Source of the DNA: a virus | Lineage: Duplodnaviria > Heunggongvirae > Uroviricota > Caudoviricetes | Reading direction: 5' to 3' (one strand) | Length of the DNA stretch: 37,133 nucleotides | Virus record (IMG/VR): IMGVR_UViG_2531839477_000018 | Part shown: one piece after another, positions 1-6,275 of the stretch | How the letters are laid out: every line of letters starts with the position of its first letter | How positions within the stretch are numbered: position 1 is the first letter of the stretch | Made by a program: the position numbers and the translations under genes | Notes under the pieces: generated by a model | What the model saw: the letters and a program-made list of their open reading frames with translations, nothing else | Told to the model about the DNA's origin: nothing | Databases searched by the model: none

Positions 1-1002
1 TTACCCTCTATTGTCAAAAGGGTTCAATTCAACAGCAGCCTCTAAATGACCTGGAGCAAAATGCGCATAACGCATAGTCATTTTTATATCGCTATGCCCC
101 AGTATTTTTTGCAACACAAGAATATTTCCGCCCCGCATCATAAAATGACTGGCAAACGTGTGACGTAGCACATGAGTTAATTGCCCATCAGGAAGCTCGA
201 TCTTCGCTCTCTTAATTGCAGCGTCAAAAGCCTCATAACATGGTGAAAATAGCGCTCCTCGTTTTTTGGGAAGCATAGCCTGCAATTGAGGTGAAATCGG
301 TACAGTGCGGTTCTTCTTTCCTTTAGTTTTAACAAATGTGATTCGACCGGGCAGTACTTGAGATTGCTTTAATCCTTCTGCTTCACTCCACCGAGCACCA
401 GTCGCAAGCCCAATACGGACAACAACCCCCAAATCTTTATTCCGTGACTCATCACACGCAATCAGAAGGCGTTCAATCTCATCTACATACAGAAACGCCA
501 GTTCCTTTTCTTCCTCACGAAACTTGCGAATACCAGTCAGGGGGTTTTCACCAGACCACTCCCCAAGGCGCTTCAGTTCGGCAAAAACAGCATGTAGATA
601 TGACTGCTCGCGATTAACGGTTGCTTCACTAAGTTTTTTCTTCCCCTTGGGATTCCACTCTCCTGATAACCTTCTTTCCCGATAAGTGGCAAACATATTT
701 TTGTCAAACTGAGAAGCAAATGGATCTCCCAGCCTGGAACAAATCGCCTCAAGTTTGACTTTGCGCTCTGCACCAGAGGACAAGGTTTTACCGTACATCT
801 CAAACCAACGAGCAATCAACTCAGAAAGACGAGGACCAGAACCATCTTGAAACTCGTCTCCAACTCTACTATTCATTAAACGGCGCTCATAAGAGAGCGC
901 CTCACTTTTTGTCGCAAACTGTTTACGAATGCGTTTTCCCGATGCCCCGTAGGGATAACATTCGCAAAGCCATTTACCTGATGGAATCTTACGAACCGAC
1001 AT
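1..1002 (-). CDS. int: Tyrosine recombinase / phage integrase (P2-like)
   Basis: 333-aa ORF with C-terminal catalytic region typical of tyrosine integrases (..LRHTFASHF.., ..LGHSDIKMTMRYAH..); stop codon is at window position 1-3; first gene of a P2-like gene order. Confidence 0.9.
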   Translation of the reverse strand: MSVRKIPSGKWLCECYPYGASGKRIRKQFATKSEALSYERRLMNSRVGDEFQDGSGPRLSELIARWFEMYGKTLSSGAERKVKLEAICSRLGDPFASQFDKNMFATYRERRLSGEWNPKGKKKLSEATVNREQSYLHAVFAELKRLGEWSGENPLTGIRKFREEEKELAFLYVDEIERLLIACDESRNKDLGVVVRIGLATGARWSEAEGLKQSQVLPGRITFVKTKGKKNRTVPISPQLQAMLPKKRGALFSPCYEAFDAAIKRAKIELPDGQLTHVLRHTFASHFMMRGGNILVLQKILGHSDIKMTMRYAHFAPGHLEAAVELNPFDNRG

Positions 1003-1007
1003 TTTAG

Positions 1008-1355
1008 TTACTTATCACATAAATCAAATGCAGCCTTAGTGACATCCCCCAGGCTCTTTTTTAACCCTGGGGCGGCATCATTATCTAGCCAAAATGGATT
1101 ATTGTTATCTAACGGTAACGCACCAAATGTTTTACCTTTTATTCGAGCCAAACCTGTAAGTGCATATAACTTATTATCGTCAAAATTCATCACATAAGGA
1201 TTACCATCAAGACACTGTAATTGAACCTCATCAGTATTAAATGGCCATACCCCATTGAAACTCTCACGTTCAATAGTTTTAAAAGGCATTGCGACGGCGG
1301 AAAAAGAAAACATAGATAAAAAAGTAACTAATAGTTGAACCTTTTTTACTTTCAT
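1008..1355 (-). CDS. Hypothetical secreted protein (N-terminal signal peptide), lysogeny-side cargo
   Basis: 115-aa ORF; hydrophobic N-terminus MKVKKVQLLVTFLSMFSFSAVAMP; AT-rich relative to phage structural genes; same strand as repressor and integrase. Confidence 0.5.
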   Translation of the reverse strand: MKVKKVQLLVTFLSMFSFSAVAMPFKTIERESFNGVWPFNTDEVQLQCLDGNPYVMNFDDNKLYALTGLARIKGKTFGALPLDNNNPFWLDNDAAPGLKKSLGDVTKAAFDLCDK

Positions 1356-1384
1356 ATCATTACCTCAATTTAGCTCAAGTAAGA

Positions 1385-2035
1385 TTACAAATTAAAAAAC
1401 GCCCTAGAAATGACACCGCCTACCAAAACCCCTACGCAGATAAAGAATATTATTTCTTTTGGATAAAGTCGGATTAATTCTGAAGCACGAAGTCGGACTT
1501 CTGGTAAGGTCGAACTCTCTGTGTGGCTTGATGCCGATTGTTGCTCTAACCACGACAATGCAGACTGTAACTGAGAACGAGTAAGATCGTTTAAACGTCC
1601 TGTACCGAAATTGATATGGCAATACCGCAGAAGTTTTTGTCGAAGTCCACAGTCTTCACTGTTACGTAGTAATAAACTTACAAGAGCCTTACAGGCATCA
1701 TGATCTTTACATCGCTCAAGCATTGCATGCAGAAAACTCTCCGCTGTTTTATATTGATTTACTGTCATATCATCAATACCAGCTACACCAATCTCCGCAT
1801 GTACTTTTTGCCAAATAATAAACGCTTCAGTATTGCTAGCTTCTGCAATAGCAGCAACCAAGCTATTTAGCTCCTTACGCTGAGCCTTAAGCAAAGGGCG
1901 ATCGTCATCATCATTATTCGAAGGGATTGCGATATTGACGGTATGAGAACCATCATATCGCTCTATCTGAATATTCTTTTCGTGAAAATCACGCCCAGCA
2001 ACGCGATTGTTTGAACCGTTTGAGTTGACGGCCAT
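1385..2035 (-). CDS. Hypothetical protein with C-terminal transmembrane anchor, immediately downstream of the repressor
   Basis: 216-aa ORF; C-terminal hydrophobic helix IIFFICVGVLVGGVI; N-terminus NNRVAGRDF echoes the repressor C-terminus; 15-bp gap after repressor stop. Confidence 0.5.
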   Translation of the reverse strand: MAVNSNGSNNRVAGRDFHEKNIQIERYDGSHTVNIAIPSNNDDDDRPLLKAQRKELNSLVAAIAEASNTEAFIIWQKVHAEIGVAGIDDMTVNQYKTAESFLHAMLERCKDHDACKALVSLLLRNSEDCGLRQKLLRYCHINFGTGRLNDLTRSQLQSALSWLEQQSASSHTESSTLPEVRLRASELIRLYPKEIIFFICVGVLVGGVISRAFFNL

Positions 2036-2050
2036 GTCACCTCCCTACTA

Positions 2051-2455
2051 TCACCTACCCTTAGTTTCGTTATAGTCACGACCAGCGATACGGTTATTAC
2101 CACCAGAAATATTTAACTCACGTCCTGATGGCTGAGTTTCCTTTTCACTGATCGCACCTTTTAAAGCCCCAATCACCGCGTTTTTCACATCTAACGAAGC
2201 TGCTCGAAAGCGAGTAATCAACTCCTGCTCATCATCGTTATAAGTTTCAGGTGAGTGAATTCCCAACACAACATACTGAACATCAAGGCCAAAACGAGAC
2301 AGCGCTGCCAAATACGCAGCATCAGGAAAGCTATCTCCTTTCTCATATCTAAGCTGAGTTAGCTTTTTGACTCCACCAATGTCGCTCATGGCAACTTGAC
2401 TAAGTCCCAATCTTTCCCTTTCCTCACGCAACCGCTGACCAATATCATTTTTCAT
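2051..2455 (-). CDS. HTH (XRE-type) immunity repressor, CI-like
   Basis: N-terminal helix-turn-helix IGQRLREERERLGLSQVAMSD; ORF track gives 2051-2530 but the internal Met at MKNDIGQ (2455) is the likelier start; divergent from rightward early operon. Confidence 0.7.
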   Translation of the reverse strand: MKNDIGQRLREERERLGLSQVAMSDIGGVKKLTQLRYEKGDSFPDAAYLAALSRFGLDVQYVVLGIHSPETYNDDEQELITRFRAASLDVKNAVIGALKGAISEKETQPSGRELNISGGNNRIAGRDYNETKGR

Positions 2456-2531
2456 ACAAAAAACCTTGACATGTATCTTTTTTGATACCAAAATGATTTC
2501 ACGAGCTATTAGATGATCACAATATACCACT
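2456..2531. promoter_or_regulatory. Divergent early promoter/operator region between repressor and rightward early operon
   Basis: 76-bp AT-rich spacer containing a perfect TTGACA hexamer (about 2466-2471) between divergent genes; exact -10 elements and operators not resolved by eye. Confidence 0.4.
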
Positions 2532-2738
2532 ATGAAACAAGTTCTTCACGATACCAGATCACGCATTCCGCGTAACACCGCCACAGGTCCAAGACTGGCA
2601 CTTCGGCTGTCCCTCGAGGAGCGAGCCGTCATTGATGAAATGGCAGCTAAAGAACAACGCTCATCCTCTAACATGGCGCGCATGATCTTCCTTCGCGGCC
2701 TAGAGCTAACCCAGAAAGAACAAAACAAATCTTCCTGA
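2532..2738 (+). CDS. Small early regulator (Cro/Apl-like; possible ribbon-helix-helix)
   Basis: 68-aa basic ORF, first gene of rightward operon divergent from repressor; position as in the P2/186 immunity switch. Confidence 0.45.
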   Translation: MKQVLHDTRSRIPRNTATGPRLALRLSLEERAVIDEMAAKEQRSSSNMARMIFLRGLELTQKEQNKSS

Positions 2739-2754
2739 TCAGGAGGCTAGTGGG

Positions 2755-2958
2755 ATGTCAGGTATAACCATCAATATCAATGTGAATGCCCCCTATGTAT
2801 CCCTGCAGAAATATGCAGAGATAACAGGTATCCCTCTTAATACATGCAAAAAGATGTTGGCTGACGGTCGAATTATTATCCGCCCCAAACGCGCCAAAAT
2901 GGAAAAGCCTGAAGTAAACCTTGTGGCGATGTTAAAAGACGCTTTGGCTAACAGCTAA
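2755..2958 (+). CDS. Small HTH DNA-binding protein (CII- or excisionase-like)
   Basis: 67-aa ORF with HTH-like segment VSLQKYAEITGIPLNTCKKMLADGRI; preceded by GGAGG-type RBS. Confidence 0.45.
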   Translation: MSGITININVNAPYVSLQKYAEITGIPLNTCKKMLADGRIIIRPKRAKMEKPEVNLVAMLKDALANS

Positions 2959-2979
2959 AACAATGAACAGAGCACCATC

Positions 2980-3330
2980 ATGAAAAAAAACGCTAATAAT
3001 CCATACTCCAAATTTCGTAATAGCGTAGAACGCCATGTACACCACGTCGCTACCAGTGCATCACGTAGTAACAGTCGCTATAACCTGAACGAGACGCACG
3101 CAACACCGGATGGCCACGCTGTAAAACAAATCGGCGAGCATGCCTGGCTGATTGAGAAAGCTGGAATCGTGGTCCACAAATGCCCACGCAATCCGTTTAC
3201 CGGAAACCGCATTTTTGCATTGAACTGCGGCGACAATCACTTCGGGCAGGATTTCACATTATACGAAGCACTTCGCACGGTTGATCGTCTGCTTCGCGGG
3301 CAAAGTTTTATTAAACAGGCTGATTTATAA
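2980..3330 (+). CDS. Hypothetical early protein
   Basis: 116-aa ORF in early operon, no recognisable motif. Confidence 0.4.
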   Translation: MKKNANNPYSKFRNSVERHVHHVATSASRSNSRYNLNETHATPDGHAVKQIGEHAWLIEKAGIVVHKCPRNPFTGNRIFALNCGDNHFGQDFTLYEALRTVDRLLRGQSFIKQADL

Positions 3331-3340
3331 CAGGTGCTTT

Positions 3341-3619
3341 ATGACCAAAGAGCATGCACAAGGTGTATTTATCCGTTTTATTGATTTTCGCGGTGAACTG
3401 TTATTACGCGCATCAGCCATTGACGGAGTTGTTCCATCCGAAAAAAACGCAGCTACTTACGTTTATCTGAACGGTACGCGCCTGACTGTGGAGCTTCCGT
3501 ACCAGACCGTACGAGAAATCATTAGCGAAGCTGAAAAGGCACGTCAGGTTAATGGCGATGAACCCTATATCGAAATTATTTGTATGGATTCAGAAGCTGA
3601 AATTCAGAAAGCAGATTAA
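3341..3619 (+). CDS. Hypothetical early protein
   Basis: ORF track 3281-3619; start at MTKEHAQG (3341) avoids overlap with the previous gene. Confidence 0.4.
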   Translation: MTKEHAQGVFIRFIDFRGELLLRASAIDGVVPSEKNAATYVYLNGTRLTVELPYQTVREIISEAEKARQVNGDEPYIEIICMDSEAEIQKAD

Positions 3620-3630
3620 AGGGCGTTGCG

Positions 3631-3873
3631 ATGGGCAAAGAATATAAAACTCTCATTAACAAAGCACTTGAACGATTTTATTTTCGCTTAAGTGCATCAG
3701 GCGCTCATGCTGAACATGCAGCCCGTGACTCATTGACCAGGGCAATCCGGAGTTTGTATGACGTTGCTTTTTACGCTGATGATCTGGATGCACTTAACGA
3801 ACTTTCCGAGCTGATCTGTGCCGCAGAATGCGGGGAACACATTGAACCGTATAAGCTGGGGAATATCGCATGA
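3631..3873 (+). CDS. Hypothetical early protein
   Basis: 80-aa ORF in early operon. Confidence 0.4.
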   Translation: MGKEYKTLINKALERFYFRLSASGAHAEHAARDSLTRAIRSLYDVAFYADDLDALNELSELICAAECGEHIEPYKLGNIA

Positions 3874-3983
3874 GTATATTTATCTCATGGCTTGTTCTGA
3901 TTATTTCGGTGGCCTGCGCCATTGGGATTATGCGAATTATTCATTCAGTAAAAAAGATTGAACGCTTTTTTACTGACAAATAA
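3870..3983 (+). CDS. Small hydrophobic membrane peptide (37 aa), below ORF-track cutoff
   Basis: ATGA start/stop overlap with the preceding ORF suggests translational coupling; sequence MSIFISWLVLIISVACAIGIMRIIHSVKKIERFFTDK is one TM helix plus a basic tail. Confidence 0.35.
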   Translation: MSIFISWLVLIISVACAIGIMRIIHSVKKIERFFTDK

Positions 3984-4075
3984 CAGCTTAAACAAAACAC
4001 CAGATTAAACCCGAAAACCTGAAAACTATCCGCATTCGCGGAGGTATTCGCACACGTAAATAACGGAGATATAAA

Positions 4076-4492
4076 ATGAACGCAAAAGAAAAAAATATTA
4101 TCAATACATTAAAAATAGTGTCAGCAGAGCAAGACAAGCTGTCCAGGGCAGCCCAGAAAGATAATCAACATATGGCAGCGCTTTACGCACTGACCATCGC
4201 AATAGCCGCCTCTGAAGTAGCCAAAGTTATTGAGGAACAGAGCAAAGAAATCGACACTCTTAAAACACAGTCAACAGTTGCAGCCATGAATCCGTCCAGC
4301 ATTGGACGCTGCATTTATATTCTTGGTTCAGCAATGATGCTGCAATACACCATTATTGCCGAACTGCACGGCAAATACCTGATAACGCCTTACCACACAA
4401 AAGAGTCAGAGCTTCTGACAAATCTCCGCCTGATAGAACGCTCTCAAGCTGTATTCATTGATGACGCGCAATGTGCCGTATTTAACGCATAG
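4076..4492 (+). CDS. Hypothetical protein, AT-rich moron-like gene
   Basis: 138-aa ORF with GGAG RBS; preceded by an AT-rich spacer; composition differs from neighbours. Confidence 0.45.
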   Translation: MNAKEKNIINTLKIVSAEQDKLSRAAQKDNQHMAALYALTIAIAASEVAKVIEEQSKEIDTLKTQSTVAAMNPSSIGRCIYILGSAMMLQYTIIAELHGKYLITPYHTKESELLTNLRLIERSQAVFIDDAQCAVFNA

Positions 4493-4515
4493 GGTTACTG
4501 GACAAAGGGGGCGCA

Positions 4516-4719
4516 ATGGCAATTAAGCATTTTCCCGTCGTTCGCTTTACCTCCAGAGGGCGCGAATACGAGGTCGACGAACGCCTGATTACCACTATCG
4601 ACAAACATCGTTCGGAAAAGGATGCACACCACATCTACCTCACTGACGGCACTTACTTCTGCGCCACCAACGTGGCGCGGGTGAATCTTATCCGACAGGT
4701 ACAGGAGCCACGCAGATGA
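4516..4719 (+). CDS. Hypothetical early protein
   Basis: 67-aa ORF, GGGGG RBS, 4-bp overlap with next gene. Confidence 0.4.
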   Translation: MAIKHFPVVRFTSRGREYEVDERLITTIDKHRSEKDAHHIYLTDGTYFCATNVARVNLIRQVQEPRR

Positions 4720-4982
4720 CCATTCTGGACTACATCGCTACTCATCCGGGGTGTAGCGGCGGAGAGATCGCCGCAGCACTGAATACCCCAACCACAGCCA
4801 TTAATGCTGAGTTACGCCGACTTTGGCGCGGCGGCTTAGTCATCAGAACAAACCGCAGCACAGGTGGTCGCGCTCGCAAAACAGGAGGCCAGGCTTCTTA
4901 CCACGTAAACCCGATGCTGTTCGGGTGTAGCAATCCACTTACTCACATGTTTAACCAGCTACTGAAGGAAGCCAGAGCATGA
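4716..4982 (+). CDS. Hypothetical early protein (possible winged-helix)
   Basis: 88-aa ORF overlapping both neighbours by 4 bp (operon-like coupling). Confidence 0.45.
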   Translation: MTILDYIATHPGCSGGEIAAALNTPTTAINAELRRLWRGGLVIRTNRSTGGRARKTGGQASYHVNPMLFGCSNPLTHMFNQLLKEARA

Positions 4983-5278
4983 GCACCATCAACCACCAGA
5001 AGCTACGCGAACTGGCATTTGCCCTGCAACGAATGGCAACGCCTCAAAAATTACTGGCATTTCGCGCAATGCTCTCGCCGTCTGCTGTGCTGGCACTGCT
5101 GGATCAGCTGGAGCACGCCAGAACCACGGCTCCTGCCATTCGCCTCACGCTCCATCATGAAATCGCTGATTTCTGCGCAACGCTGGGGGCACCTGGCGAA
5201 CCGGAAACGCCGGAAGCAATGCAGCAAGAGCTGCTGCAACGCATCGATAACGTTTTTGATTTTTTTCTGAACCAGTAA
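4979..5278 (+). CDS. Hypothetical early protein
   Basis: 99-aa ORF, coupled to previous gene. Confidence 0.45.
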   Translation: MSTINHQKLRELAFALQRMATPQKLLAFRAMLSPSAVLALLDQLEHARTTAPAIRLTLHHEIADFCATLGAPGEPETPEAMQQELLQRIDNVFDFFLNQ

Positions 5279-5401
5279 GAAACCAGAACATGCACACACA
5301 AAAAAACCGCTTGCCATGCCTCAATCGGTCAGGTTACATTTCCGCTGCAGCTCATAAAACGGGTGCCGGGATTCTCAACCCGATACAGAGCAAAGCGCAT
5401 A

Positions 5402-5425
5402 ACCGCGCAAGCGGTTTTTTTGTGC
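5402..5425 (+). terminator. Putative rho-independent terminator
   Basis: ACCGC-GCAA-GCGGT hairpin followed by a run of seven T; an inverted copy of the same 15-mer lies at 5309-5323. Confidence 0.4.
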
Positions 5426-5600
5426 GTACTGTATTGCCACGTCTTTTTCGCGTCAGAATTATGGCGGGGCGTACGGGGCCGACTTCGGTCGGGCCGGATT
5501 CTTTGCTCTCCGGTGTTGAGAACCCTGTACGTCTCGCCACCCCGAGATTCTCAACTCTGGATGGTGAGTTATTTCTATCACCGAGCAAAGAGGCCACACC

Positions 5601-5831
5601 ATGGCAGACCGCAAACAGCACCGCACTATCGCGGAGCGTCGTCACATCCAGACTGAAATCAACCACAGACTTTCCCGCGCATCACGCGTCGCGCAAATCA
5701 TGCACATCAATATGCTGCATGAGCGCAGCCACGCACTATCAAACATTTATTCCGCCTCTGTTTTCAGCTATCTGGCGGATGATCTGCACGAGCTTCAACA
5801 GCTCATCCAGCAGCAAAACAAACTCCATTAA
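5601..5831 (+). CDS. Hypothetical small protein
   Basis: 76-aa ORF with AAGAGG RBS 8 nt upstream of ATG. Confidence 0.35.
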   Translation: MADRKQHRTIAERRHIQTEINHRLSRASRVAQIMHINMLHERSHALSNIYSASVFSYLADDLHELQQLIQQQNKLH

Positions 5832-5903
5832 TTCCTGTTCCGGGCCTTTCCTGCACCTTGCGGCGGGAGGCCTTCGCACATCTGTAACAAGAGGATTGCC
5901 GCA

Positions 5904-6269
5904 ATGATTCTCGCCAACGACTTTCTTGAATACCTGCTCAACACAGAGCGTGATCTTGCCGCTCGCGTACGTGATCGTTATGACATGTATCTGAAATCCC
6001 TGCCTGTACCGCAGCTCGCTGACGGAAAAATTGTTATTGATGGTCGCTACATGATTGACAGCCACGAGGGGAATTACAGGCTTTACCGCATTGAAGCCGG
6101 CACCCCGTCCGTTATTGGCATTTACCAGCGCCCATCCTCTGCGATCGTCGATGTGATTGCCGACAGCATCCGCATCACACACCACCATGCCGACACAGAA
6201 GACACTGTGCTGGAGATTCAGCGGCTGGCTGCCGTTTGCCGTGACACTCTGAACGGAATGACGAAGTAA
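5904..6269 (+). CDS. Hypothetical protein immediately upstream of replication gene A
   Basis: 121-aa ORF with AAGAGGA RBS; position analogous to P2 B but no recognisable similarity. Confidence 0.45.
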   Translation: MILANDFLEYLLNTERDLAARVRDRYDMYLKSLPVPQLADGKIVIDGRYMIDSHEGNYRLYRIEAGTPSVIGIYQRPSSAIVDVIADSIRITHHHADTEDTVLEIQRLAAVCRDTLNGMTK

Positions 6270-6275
6270 ATCAGT

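Noticed and set aside
5290-5907. 205-aa plus-strand ORF and overlapping 104-aa and 97-aa ORFs
   Set aside because: Ser/Thr/Arg-rich non-protein-like translation across a region full of hairpins and terminator-like elements; more likely non-coding, with only the short 5601-5831 frame plausibly coding
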